Source: an uncultured Alphaproteobacteria bacterium
GTDB taxonomy: Bacteria > Pseudomonadota > Alphaproteobacteria > HIMB59 > GCA-002718135
DNA length: 64,000 bases
Assembly: GCA_902541215.1 (NCBI GenBank)
Contig: CACBPV010000003.1
Coordinates: forward strand, 28,784 to 92,783
Direction of reading: 5' to 3'
Shown here: positions 18,403-31,457 of the stretch, piece by piece
Numbering within the stretch: the stretch's first letter is position 1
Layout of the letters: every line of letters starts with the position of its first letter
Translations under genes and position numbers: made by a program
The notes under the pieces: model-generated
The model's database searches: none
Seen by the model: only the letters and a program-made list of their open reading frames with translations
What the model was told of the DNA's origin: nothing

Positions 18403-19317
18403 ATGTCAATTTACCTTCCAATAGCTGAAATGAACGTCAATATTTTTCTCATTATCTTTATTGGTATGAGTATAGGAGTACTTTCAGGAATTTTTGGTGT
18501 CGGTGGAGGATTTTTAATGACACCACTATTAATTTTTTTAGGCATACCTCCAGTTGTAGCTGTTGGTTCTGAAGCTCCGCACGTTTTAGCAACTTCAGTT
18601 TCAGGGTTTATTGCTCACTGGAGAAAAAGAAATGTTGATTTAAAGATGGGTATATTCCTTTTAATAGGAGGTTTAATTGGCTCCACAGTTGGTGTAAATA
18701 TTTTCAGTTATCTAAAAAACTTTGGGCAAATAGATTTAGTTATTCAGTTATTATTTCTTTTCTTTTTAGGTTTTATTGGTTTTAGTATGGCTTTTGAAAG
18801 CGCAAGAACTACAATAAAACACTATAGAGCAAGAAACACTAAAAGAACAAAACTGCATCAACATTCTTGGTTTCACGGACTTCCATTCAAAGTTCGCTTT
18901 CATAGATCAAAACTTTATATAAGTGCGATACCACCCGTACTGATAGGGTTCGCAGTTGGAGTAATGTCCGCAATGATGGGAGTTGGAGGAGGATTTATAA
19001 TGATACCTGCAATGGTATACATACTTGGAATGCCAACAAGTATAGTAGTTGGGACATCTTTATTTCAAATCATTTTTGTTACCGCTAATGCAACATTCTT
19101 TCAATCCTACATAAATTATAATGTAGATATTGTGCTGTCTGCACTAATGATATTTGGAGGAGTAATTGGTGCACAAATTGGTGTTATTTTTGGGTCTAAA
19201 TTAAAAGCAGAATATTTGAGAGGTATTTTGGCTATATTAGTACTGGGTGTCTGTGGTAAAATTTTTACAGATCTAGTTTTAAGACCTAGTGATTTATTTT
19301 CATTGGTAATGATATGA
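18403..19317 (+). CDS. TauE/SafE (TSUP) family sulfite exporter-like membrane protein
   Basis: MSIYLPIAE, duplicated GVGGGF repeats, GTSLFQI. Confidence 0.9.
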   Translation: MSIYLPIAEMNVNIFLIIFIGMSIGVLSGIFGVGGGFLMTPLLIFLGIPPVVAVGSEAPHVLATSVSGFIAHWRKRNVDLKMGIFLLIGGLIGSTVGVNIFSYLKNFGQIDLVIQLLFLFFLGFIGFSMAFESARTTIKHYRARNTKRTKLHQHSWFHGLPFKVRFHRSKLYISAIPPVLIGFAVGVMSAMMGVGGGFIMIPAMVYILGMPTSIVVGTSLFQIIFVTANATFFQSYINYNVDIVLSALMIFGGVIGAQIGVIFGSKLKAEYLRGILAILVLGVCGKIFTDLVLRPSDLFSLVMI

Positions 19318-19721
19318 TATCAATATTTAATTTTTCTATTAATTTATTGATCGTAGTTTGTCTCTTCATATATTTTATTTTTACAACCATTGGTTTTAAT
19401 CTGGAGAATATTGAATATTTTTTAATTCTAATAATTGTTATAAACTCATTTAACAAAATTTATATTTGGTCAAATTTCAGAGTATTTATTAAAAAAGATC
19501 TTAATAAAATATTTAAAGACATATTATTTAATGATTCATTTGCAAAACTTAGTATAGTTATTTTATCCACTGTAATTCCAATTTATATGCTTATGCAAAA
19601 AGATATATTAGTGATTGATATATTGATTGAGAAAGCATCTTTTTTACTAGTATCAATTTTTGCATTAATTGGATTTTATTTAGAATTTTATATTTTAGAA
19701 GTGACAAAAATAGATGATTAA
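19314..19721 (+). CDS. Hypothetical 4-TM membrane protein
   Basis: 135-aa hydrophobic ORF overlapping both neighbours. Confidence 0.65.
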   Translation: MISIFNFSINLLIVVCLFIYFIFTTIGFNLENIEYFLILIIVINSFNKIYIWSNFRVFIKKDLNKIFKDILFNDSFAKLSIVILSTVIPIYMLMQKDILVIDILIEKASFLLVSIFALIGFYLEFYILEVTKIDD

Positions 19722-20478
19722 AAATTTATATATAAAATTTGCATTTAATCTAACAATTTTATTGACTGTAATTTTTTTTTATAACTTTCTTCGTGCTGAA
19801 GAAATTTACTTTGACTTATCTGAGGATAGTATTGAGTTAAAAACAGATTTTAATGGAAAAGAAATTATTATTTTTGGATTACTAAAAGATGATCATGAGA
19901 CACTTTTGACAATAAAAGGACCACCATCAAAAATGAGAATACAAAAAAAAGAGAGGTATTTTGGAATATGGATAAATAATCAATACGTTACCTATAGTAA
20001 CATTCCATCTTTATTCTTTTTATCCTCCTCAAAAGAAATTAACGAAATCTTGCCTGAATCGATATTAATTAATGAGGATCTAAGTTTTGAAAAAATTTTA
20101 AATAATAAGACTTTTAATCAAAATTTTATTTTCAAAAATGACCAAAAAAGTTGGAATGAAAATTTTGTTAGAATAAAAAAAGAACAATCATTTTATAAAA
20201 GTTTTGAAATGAAAAAGATCAAAGATAAATTATTTCAAACTAGCGTTTTTTTTCCAACAAATACAATACCAGGGATTTATAATGTTGATATTTACTATAT
20301 AAGAAATAATACAATTATGAGTACTGATCAAAAAAATATAGTTATAAAAAAAACTGGTATAGGAAGTCAAATATTTGACTTTGCTAATGAAAATGCAGCT
20401 ACATACGGAGTTTTTGTAATTATCTTTTCAATATTTTCAGGTTTTATTGCTGCTGCTTTATTTAGGAGAAGTAAATGA
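19714..20478 (+). CDS. TIGR02186-family transmembrane protein
   Basis: FNGKEIIIFG, KKERYFGIWIN, FPTNTIPGIY; usual partner of TauE and Usp in alphaproteobacteria. Confidence 0.85.
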   Translation: MIKNLYIKFAFNLTILLTVIFFYNFLRAEEIYFDLSEDSIELKTDFNGKEIIIFGLLKDDHETLLTIKGPPSKMRIQKKERYFGIWINNQYVTYSNIPSLFFLSSSKEINEILPESILINEDLSFEKILNNKTFNQNFIFKNDQKSWNENFVRIKKEQSFYKSFEMKKIKDKLFQTSVFFPTNTIPGIYNVDIYYIRNNTIMSTDQKNIVIKKTGIGSQIFDFANENAATYGVFVIIFSIFSGFIAAALFRRSK

Positions 20479-20948
20479 GTGATGATAGGTATATTCTAGT
20501 TGTTGCAGATAACTCAAAAGAAATGAATACAGCTCTTGAATATGCTTGTGCAAGATCAAAAAAAACGGGAAGAAAAATTATAATTGCAACATTCATAGAA
20601 CCTTTAGATGTTCTAACAACAAAGGGTGTTACAGACATTATGAAAGAAGAAGCTAGAGAAGAAGCGGAAACAATTCTTAAAAAAGCTGCCTCATTTGTCC
20701 AAGAAAGAACAGGTAACTATCCTGCTCTATCTTTAAGAGAGGGGGATACTATAGCTGAATTAAAACAATTATTAGATGAGGAAAAAAATATTAATGTTCT
20801 TGTTTTAGCTGCCAATACTGATCCAAATAGTAAAAATCCAGGTCCAATAATAACTTCTCTGGTGAGTAATGAAATTACAAACCTAAGAATACCAATAATG
20901 ATTGTGCCTGGAAATTTATCATTTGAACATATTGCACAAATAACTTAA
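20475..20948 (+). CDS. Universal stress protein (UspA family)
   Basis: ILVVADNS, LVLAA, PGPIIT, IPIMIVPG. Confidence 0.88.
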   Translation: MSDDRYILVVADNSKEMNTALEYACARSKKTGRKIIIATFIEPLDVLTTKGVTDIMKEEAREEAETILKKAASFVQERTGNYPALSLREGDTIAELKQLLDEEKNINVLVLAANTDPNSKNPGPIITSLVSNEITNLRIPIMIVPGNLSFEHIAQIT

Positions 20949-20952
20949 AAAA

Positions 20953-21588
20953 ATGTCAAAAGAGATAGCTAAAATATTAGTAGATATAAAGTCTATTAAT
21001 TTTTCATTTGATAAATATTTTACTCTTACATCAGGCTTGGCTAGTCCTGTTTATGTTGATTGTAGAAAAATTATTTCTTTTACAAAAGAAAGAAATTTTA
21101 TAATTGATAAAGCCATAGATTATTTAACTAAAAATAATATTGAGACAGAAATTATTGCTGGTGGGGAGACCGCTGGAATTCCCTATGCTGCTTTTATTTC
21201 TCAAAAATTAAATAAACAAATGATTTACATTAGAAAAAAAACAAAAGGTTTTGGAAAAAATAAACAAATTGAAGGTGAATTTGAAAATAATCAAAAAGCT
21301 CTTTTAGTTGAAGATCTAGCTACTGATGGAGGTAGTAAAATAATTTTTATTAACGCAATGCGTGAAGCAGGATTAAAAGTTAAAGATATATTTGTAATAT
21401 TTTATTATGATATTTTTAATTTCAAAGAATCAGAATTATTTAAATTAAATGTAAATATGCACTCACTGTGTACTTGGAAAGATATAATACATTATATTGA
21501 AAGTGAAAAAATATATTCTGAAGATAAGGTTTCAAACTTAAAAGAATTTTTAGAAGATCCAGAAAAATGGAGAAACAAGTATGCGTGA
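20953..21588 (+). CDS. pyrE: Orotate phosphoribosyltransferase
   Basis: FTLTSGLASPVYVDCR, GGETAGIP, VEDLATDGGS. Confidence 0.96.
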   Translation: MSKEIAKILVDIKSINFSFDKYFTLTSGLASPVYVDCRKIISFTKERNFIIDKAIDYLTKNNIETEIIAGGETAGIPYAAFISQKLNKQMIYIRKKTKGFGKNKQIEGEFENNQKALLVEDLATDGGSKIIFINAMREAGLKVKDIFVIFYYDIFNFKESELFKLNVNMHSLCTWKDIIHYIESEKIYSEDKVSNLKEFLEDPEKWRNKYA

Positions 21589-22015
21589 AATAGTTGTTGT
21601 CAGTGGAGGTTTTGACCCAATTCACAGTGGTCATATAAAATTAATTAAAGAAGCTGCTAAACATGGTGAAGTTGTAGTTTTACTAAATTCTGATTTATGG
21701 CTTCAAAAAAAGAAGGGTAAGGAATTTCTCCCTTTTATTGAAAGAACTATAATTATGAATGAGTTAAAAAATGTTATTGATGTTATAGAATTTGATGATT
21801 TAGATAAGACGTGCATCGATGGTCTTAAAAAAGTAAAAAATAAATATCCAAAATCAATTATTAAATTTGCAAATGGAGGTGATAGAAATAATAATACAAC
21901 ACCAGAATCAATATTCTGTGAAAAAAATAATATACAATTACTTTGGGGTATAGGTGGTGACAATAAATCAAATTCTAGTTCTTGGATTTTACAAAAATGG
22001 AAAGAAGATAATTAA
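21581..22015 (+). CDS. HxGH cytidylyl/adenylyltransferase-like protein
   Basis: VSGGFDPIHSGH, LNSDxWL, FANGGDR, KSNSSSWIL. Confidence 0.88.
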   Translation: MREIVVVSGGFDPIHSGHIKLIKEAAKHGEVVVLLNSDLWLQKKKGKEFLPFIERTIIMNELKNVIDVIEFDDLDKTCIDGLKKVKNKYPKSIIKFANGGDRNNNTTPESIFCEKNNIQLLWGIGGDNKSNSSSWILQKWKEDN

Positions 22016-22617
22016 GGATATAATTTTCTTGTAACCCAACCATCATTTTCCATACGGAATTCAAGTCTGTCATGCAATCTGAATGGCATATCTTGCCAAA
22101 ATTCAATTAATACAGGCGCTACTAAGTAACCGTTCCAATGTGAAGGTCTTGGTACATCATTATCTGAAAATTTTTTTTCAAACTCTTGTACTCTTTTAGT
22201 TAATGTAGATCTATTGTCTAGTTCTTCTGACTGTAACGAAGCCCAAGCTCCTATTCTACTTCCTAGTGGCCTTGAATTATAATATTCATCAGCTTCAGCG
22301 TTTGAAATTTGTGAAACATTACCTTCTATTCTTATTTGTCTTTGAAGTGTTTTCCAATGAAAATTTAAAGCTACACTATCATTGTTTTTAATTGCTCTAC
22401 CTTTTTTACTATTTGAATTTGTGTAAAAAACAAACCCTTTATCATCATATGATTTAAGTAAAACAATTCGCGAGCTTGGTTTGCCGTCAGAAGATATAGT
22501 AGCAAGGTTCATAGCATTTGGATCATTGATTTCACTTTCCTTTGCCTCTTCAAACCATTCTTGAAAAAGTTCAATTGGTTTTTTATCAGAATTTATTAAT
22601 TTTTGATTTGATTGCAT
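22012..22617 (-). CDS. pdxH: Pyridoxamine 5'-phosphate oxidase
   Basis: RIVLLK, FYTN, RQIRIEG, EFWQ...RLHDR. Confidence 0.97.
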   Translation of the reverse strand: MQSNQKLINSDKKPIELFQEWFEEAKESEINDPNAMNLATISSDGKPSSRIVLLKSYDDKGFVFYTNSNSKKGRAIKNNDSVALNFHWKTLQRQIRIEGNVSQISNAEADEYYNSRPLGSRIGAWASLQSEELDNRSTLTKRVQEFEKKFSDNDVPRPSHWNGYLVAPVLIEFWQDMPFRLHDRLEFRMENDGWVTRKLYP

Positions 22618-22685
22618 ATTATAGATATGAATATTATTTTATAAGTATATATATCTATATTTATAAAAAAACACTGATTTACAAT

Positions 22686-23513
22686 ATGTTGATGCAAAAT
22701 AAAAAAGGTCTGATTATGGGAGTGGCAAATGACAGATCTATTGCTTGGGGTATTGCGAAAAAATTAGCAGAACAGGGAGGAGAAATTGCACTTACTTATC
22801 AAGGAGAAGCTCTTAAGAAAAGAGTTCAGCCACTTGCGGAGGAAATAGGGTCTAACACTATTATTCCTTGTGATGTTTCAGACTCACAAAGTATGAATAA
22901 TGTATTTGAAACACTTAAAAATAAATGGGGTGAATTAGATTTTCTTGTTCATGGAATTGGTTTTTCCAACAAAGATGAATTAAGAGGTAAATATTACAAT
23001 ACATCTTCTGATAATTTTAAACAAACTATGCATATATCATGTTATTCTTTTACAGAGGCTTGTAGGCTAGCAGAACCTTTAATGAATAATGGTGGATCAA
23101 TTTTAACTTTAACATATTATGGATCAGAACAAGTTATGCCTCATTATAATGTTATGGGAGTTGCAAAAGCAGCTTTAGAGGCAAGTGTTAGATATTTAGC
23201 AGTTGATTTGGGAGAAAAAAATATAAGAGTTAATGCCATTAGTGCTGGCCCAATTAAAACTTTGGCAGCATCAGGAATAGGTGATTTTAGATTTATTCTA
23301 AAATGGAACGAACTTAATGCTCCGCTTAAAAGAAATGTAAATCAGCAAGATGTTGGAAATTCTGCTTTGTATCTCTTAAGTGATCTTGGAAGTGCTGTTA
23401 CTGGTGAGATACAACATGTCGATTGTGGCTATCATACTGTAGGAATGGTTGCAGTTGATGAGAGTGAAAGTGTTTCAGAATTATTAGGTGAATTTACAAA
23501 TTCTAAAAAATGA
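22686..23513 (+). CDS. fabI: Enoyl-ACP reductase FabI
   Basis: [35 protein letters not shown]; start trimmed to ATG 22686. Confidence 0.97.
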   Translation: MLMQNKKGLIMGVANDRSIAWGIAKKLAEQGGEIALTYQGEALKKRVQPLAEEIGSNTIIPCDVSDSQSMNNVFETLKNKWGELDFLVHGIGFSNKDELRGKYYNTSSDNFKQTMHISCYSFTEACRLAEPLMNNGGSILTLTYYGSEQVMPHYNVMGVAKAALEASVRYLAVDLGEKNIRVNAISAGPIKTLAASGIGDFRFILKWNELNAPLKRNVNQQDVGNSALYLLSDLGSAVTGEIQHVDCGYHTVGMVAVDESESVSELLGEFTNSKK

Positions 23514-24580
23514 CTTCTAATTCAATAGGAAAAATCTTTAACTTTACCACATGGGGAGAAAGCCATGGCAAAGCTATTGGTTGTGTTGTCGATGGAGTTC
23601 CATCAAACATAAATTTAACTGAAAAAGATATTCAACCCTATTTAGATAAAAGAAAACCTGGTCAGTCGAAATTTACAACTCAAAGAAAAGAAGAGGATAA
23701 AGTTGAAATACTATCTGGAACTTTTGAAGGAAAAACAACAGGTCATCCTATTTCTCTAATTATTTACAATCAAGATCAGAGATCAAAAGATTATGGTGAT
23801 ATCAAAAGTAAATTTAGACCAGGTCATGCAGATTACACATATTGGAAAAAATATGGCATAAGAGATTATAGGGGTGGTGGTAGATCTAGTGCTAGAGAAA
23901 CTGCAATGAGAGTAGCAGCAGGCGCAATAGCAAGAAAAATCATAAAAAATAAAATAAAAAATCAAGTTGTAATAACAGGTGCATTAATTCAAATAGGTAA
24001 TCATAAAATTAATTATGAGAATTGGAATAATAATTTTATTTCAAAAAATAATTTTTGGAGTCCTGATAAAAAAATTATTAAAACATGGGAAAACGAAATA
24101 CAAACTGCAAGAAAATCTGGTTCCTCTTTAGGTGCTATAATTGAAATTAGAGTAAAAGGTTTGCCCGCTGGATTAGGAGAGCCTATTTATGAAAAAATAG
24201 ACTCCGATATAGCTAAGGCATTGATGTCTATTAATGCTGTTAAGGGTGTAGAAATGGGAAATGGCTTTAGCAGTGTTTATGAAACTGGAATTTCTAATGT
24301 TGATGAAATGAGAATTAAAAATAAAAAACCTTTTTTTCTTTCAAATAATAATGGTGGAGTTCTTGGAGGCATTACAACTGGTCAAGAATTAATTACTAGA
24401 TTTGTAGTAAAACCGACGAGTTCAATATTATCAACAAAAAAAACAATTAATACTAAATTAAAAGAAACAACAATATCTACTAAAGGTCGTCATGATCCAT
24501 GTGTTGGTATAAGGGCTGTTCCTGTTGGTGAAGCAATGGTTGCCACAACTATAGCTGATCATTGTTTAAGATTTCTTTAA
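23510..24580 (+). CDS. aroC: Chorismate synthase
   Basis: [31 protein letters not shown]. Confidence 0.98.
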   Translation: MTSNSIGKIFNFTTWGESHGKAIGCVVDGVPSNINLTEKDIQPYLDKRKPGQSKFTTQRKEEDKVEILSGTFEGKTTGHPISLIIYNQDQRSKDYGDIKSKFRPGHADYTYWKKYGIRDYRGGGRSSARETAMRVAAGAIARKIIKNKIKNQVVITGALIQIGNHKINYENWNNNFISKNNFWSPDKKIIKTWENEIQTARKSGSSLGAIIEIRVKGLPAGLGEPIYEKIDSDIAKALMSINAVKGVEMGNGFSSVYETGISNVDEMRIKNKKPFFLSNNNGGVLGGITTGQELITRFVVKPTSSILSTKKTINTKLKETTISTKGRHDPCVGIRAVPVGEAMVATTIADHCLRFL

Positions 24581-25315
24581 AATACTGTAAATTAAAAATT
24601 CTTTATTTCCTTTTGGTCCAGTTATTGGACTTTCGACTAAGCCTACAACTTCAGCCTTAATTGTTTTTTTAAACCAATTCGATATATCATTACATACTTT
24701 TTCATGAATCAATGGATCTTTCACAATACCTTTTTTCAAATTTATTTTATTAGTTTCAAATTGCGGCTTAATTAGTGAAATAATCTCAGCTTTACTTGAT
24801 AAAAGCTTCAAGCTAGGTTCTATAACTTTTGTTAGACTAATGAAACTAACATCGCAGACTACCAAATTAATTCTTTCATAAATTATTGAGTTATCTAAAT
24901 ATTTAGCATTAAAATTTTCTATACTGATAATTTTTTTTTCTTTTTTTAATTTTTCATGAAGTTGATTTGTACCGACATCAATAGAATATATTTTTTTAGC
25001 GTTTTTTTTTAAAAGAACTTCTGTGAATCCACCAGTTGATGAACCGATATCTAGACAAATTTTATTTTCAATATCAATCTTAAAATGATCAATCGCTTTC
25101 AGTAATTTGAATGCACCTCTTGATACCCATAGAGGATGAAGTTGTTTAATTTTTATTTTTGAGTTTTCATTAAAACTGTTACCACTTTTGGTAATAATTT
25201 TATCATTTACATAAACTTGGCCGGCCATAATCATAGATTGGGCTTTTGATTTAGTATCAGCTAAGTTTCTATCCATTAAAAGCTGATCAAGTCTTATTTT
25301 AAGATTTTTACTCAA
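24566..25315 (-). CDS. tlyA: TlyA family rRNA 2'-O-methyltransferase
   Basis: S4 domain, [32 protein letters not shown]. Confidence 0.95.
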   Translation of the reverse strand: MSKNLKIRLDQLLMDRNLADTKSKAQSMIMAGQVYVNDKIITKSGNSFNENSKIKIKQLHPLWVSRGAFKLLKAIDHFKIDIENKICLDIGSSTGGFTEVLLKKNAKKIYSIDVGTNQLHEKLKKEKKIISIENFNAKYLDNSIIYERINLVVCDVSFISLTKVIEPSLKLLSSKAEIISLIKPQFETNKINLKKGIVKDPLIHEKVCNDISNWFKKTIKAEVVGLVESPITGPKGNKEFLIYSILKKS

Positions 25316-25324
25316 ATTTGAAAA

Positions 25325-25543
25325 TTACTTAAAATCTTCTTTTGAGACTTTATTGTTTTCTTGCTTAATTTTTTTAATTTGGCTTTCAATACTTTTTAAT
25401 TTTTCCTCACACGCTTTTTTTAAATTCATTCCTTCTTCGTAAAGTTTTACAGATTCTTCTAAATCAACTTCACCATTTTCTAATTTCTCTACAATAGACT
25501 CGAGTTTTTTTAAATTATTTTCAAAATTATTATCTTTATTCAT
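25325..25543 (-). CDS. xseB: Exodeoxyribonuclease VII small subunit
   Basis: FENNLKKLESIVEKLENGEVDLEESVKLYEEG. Confidence 0.95.
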   Translation of the reverse strand: MNKDNNFENNLKKLESIVEKLENGEVDLEESVKLYEEGMNLKKACEEKLKSIESQIKKIKQENNKVSKEDFK

Positions 25544-25829
25544 TAGATGTATCTATTTTTATTATATTTGATGTCTCTATATCATATATTAAACCATAAA
25601 CTTTATTATTACTTTTTATTGTAAACAAAATCCTATTATTATCAATCATATCTATATCTGTAATTTTATGCCCTTTTTCTAAATTTAAATTATAATCAAT
25701 TAAATTTGTTTCTAAATTACTTTGTTTTTTTGTAGTTTTTATATACAAACCATAAACAAGAGCTAAAAAGCAAATAACAATTAATATACCTAAAAATATT
25801 ACAATAAATTTAAGAATTTTTTGAGACAT
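25536..25829 (-). CDS. Hypothetical membrane-anchored protein (alphaproteobacterial family divergent from rluD)
   Basis: N-terminal TM (LKFIVIFLGILIV) and small beta-rich C-terminal domain. Confidence 0.75.
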   Translation of the reverse strand: MSQKILKFIVIFLGILIVICFLALVYGLYIKTTKKQSNLETNLIDYNLNLEKGHKITDIDMIDNNRILFTIKSNNKVYGLIYDIETSNIIKIDTSNE

Positions 25830-26799
25830 GAACGAATTCTATAATCTTAAATTAACTATAAATAAACAATTAAGTTCACAAAGATTAGATAAAGTGCTCG
25901 TTTCAAAATTGGAAGGGTATTCAAGAACACAAATAAAAACTTTAATATTAAATGGTAATGTAAGTCTTGATGAAAAGGAAATAAAAGATCCATCTTACAT
26001 AACTAAAGAAAATGAAAATTACTTTATAAATATTATCTTGAAACAAGAAACAAAACATTCAGCTGAAAATATTGACTTAAACATTATTTTTGAAGATGAA
26101 GATCTAATCGTTATAAATAAACCTCCAAATTTAGTAATGCATCCAGCTCCTGGAAATGAAAGCGGCACTCTTGTGAATGCTCTTATGCATTACACTAATA
26201 ATCAACTAAGTAATTTAGATAATAATGCTAGACCAGGAATAGTCCATCGTTTAGATAAAGACACAAGTGGAATTCTTGTTGTTGCAAAAAATAATAATGT
26301 TCATATTAATTTAGCCAAACAATTCAAAGAACATACGATATCTCGTAGATATAAAGCAATAGTTTGGGGAATGCCTGATAATCAATCAATTGAAGGGTAC
26401 ATAGAGAGAAATAGGAAAAATAGAAAAAAAATGAGTTTAAATAATAAGGGTTTTGGAAAATATTCTAAAACCGATATTAAATTAGAAAAAACTTTTGGTA
26501 TTGCTAGTATAGTTGACTGCCATTTACACACTGGAAGAACACATCAAATTAGACTTCATCTAACTTCTAAAAATTCTCCTATAATTGGTGATAAGATTTA
26601 TGGAAAAAGTAAAATTAATCAATTTGGAAAAGATAAAAATACATTTAATAAATTCATGATTTTAAAAAATTTTGAAAGACAAGCATTACATGCCTATCAT
26701 CTAGGTTTTGATCATCCAACATCAAAAAAAAGGATGAATTTTGATATTGAAATTCCTGAAGATTTTAAGAATTTAATTGAATTATTGCTTAAATATTAA
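25828..26799 (+). CDS. rluD: 23S rRNA pseudouridine synthase RluD
   Basis: S4 domain, RPGIVHRLDKDTSG, TGRTHQIR, RQALHA. Confidence 0.95.
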   Translation: MNEFYNLKLTINKQLSSQRLDKVLVSKLEGYSRTQIKTLILNGNVSLDEKEIKDPSYITKENENYFINIILKQETKHSAENIDLNIIFEDEDLIVINKPPNLVMHPAPGNESGTLVNALMHYTNNQLSNLDNNARPGIVHRLDKDTSGILVVAKNNNVHINLAKQFKEHTISRRYKAIVWGMPDNQSIEGYIERNRKNRKKMSLNNKGFGKYSKTDIKLEKTFGIASIVDCHLHTGRTHQIRLHLTSKNSPIIGDKIYGKSKINQFGKDKNTFNKFMILKNFERQALHAYHLGFDHPTSKKRMNFDIEIPEDFKNLIELLLKY

Positions 26800-26829
26800 A
26801 TTATATTTTATTTGTGGTATAGGCGTATT

Positions 26830-30057
<3,228 letters not shown>

Positions 30058-30065
<8 letters not shown>

Positions 30066-31413
30066 GATAAGGCCTTACTAATTTTTTTATTTCTAGAGAT
30101 TTTTTTTTAACCTCATTAACTTCTTGCCCTTCAACTAATATTCTGACTAATGGTTCAGTCCCAGATAACCTTACAAGAGATCTTATTTTTTTATTATTAT
30201 ATAGTTTATCTTTTTTTAAATTATCAAGAATTTTTAACAGCTTGGTATTCTTTGTTTTATAACTTAAGTTAATTTTTTCCTGGGTAAAGTCATTGTACAA
30301 ATCAAAAAGTTTACTCGCCTTATTTTTATTTGATATCAAAATTTCAGAGATTTTTAAAGCTGCCAAAATTCCATCGCCAGTATTAGAATATTCTGACAAT
30401 ATTATATGTCCTGATTGTTCACCACCTATCATAGATTTGGATTTTTTCATTTGATTTATTACATTTATATCTCCAACAGATGTTCGCTTAATCTTTAATT
30501 TTAATTTATTTGTGAGATAATTTTCTAATCCCATATTAGACATTACCGTTATAATAACATCATGTTGATTAGATTTTTTCTGAGGTTTTATATAACTTTT
30601 ACATAACAATCCTATAATTTTATCACCATCAACTTCTTTTCCTTCTTCATCTACAACTATTAACCTATCTCCATCACCATCAAATGCAAATCCAATATCA
30701 GCTTTTTCTTTTATGACATTTTGTGAGAGTGATTTAACATCAACTGCACCACAGTTTTTATTAATATTTAATCCATCTGGATTATTATTTATGGCGATTA
30801 TATTATGGCCTAACTCCCAGAATAAATTTGGAGCTATATTATATGTGGCTCCATTCGCACAATCTAAAATAATTTTTAATTTTCTCTTGGAAGATGTTTT
30901 ACTTAAAGTACTTTTTAAAAATTCTGAGTATCTACCTGAGGCATCTTCCAGTCTTCTTGCATTTCCAGATACAAATGTGTTGTTTGAAATTTTAGAATAT
31001 TTTTTATTATCTAAAACTATTTTTTCAACCTTTTGCTCTATCAATGAACTGAGCTTTGTTCCAGTACTATCAAAAAATTTCAGCCCATTATATTCATACG
31101 TGTTATGAGAAGCTGTAATCATTACACCAATATCTGCTCTTAAAGTTTTAATCATTAATGGTACAGCTGGTGTTGGAAGGGGGCCGACTAAAATTACATC
31201 CATACCCATAGAAATAAATCCGGCTGTCACAAGTGGTTCATATAAATAACCAGACAATCTAGTGTCTTTGCAGATTACAACCCTGCTATTTTTAGCATTT
31301 TTCTTTTTTAGAAGGAATGCAACTGTTTTTGAAATTTTTAGACAAGTTTCAGCAGAAAGAGGTTCCTCATTAACTAAGCACCGTATACCATCGGTACCAA
31401 ATATTTTAGACAT
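30058..31413 (-). CDS. glmM: Phosphoglucosamine mutase
   Basis: FGTDGIR, ITASHN, DGDGDR, GGEQSGH, RLSGTEP. Confidence 0.97.
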
Positions 31414-31457
31414 TTATGTCTTTTATTCAAAAAAATAAATAAAGTGAAGTAATTAAA

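Noticed and set aside
22542-22685. Long N-terminal extension of FabI overlapping pdxH
   Set aside because: Low-complexity AT-rich read-through; family similarity begins at ATG 22686
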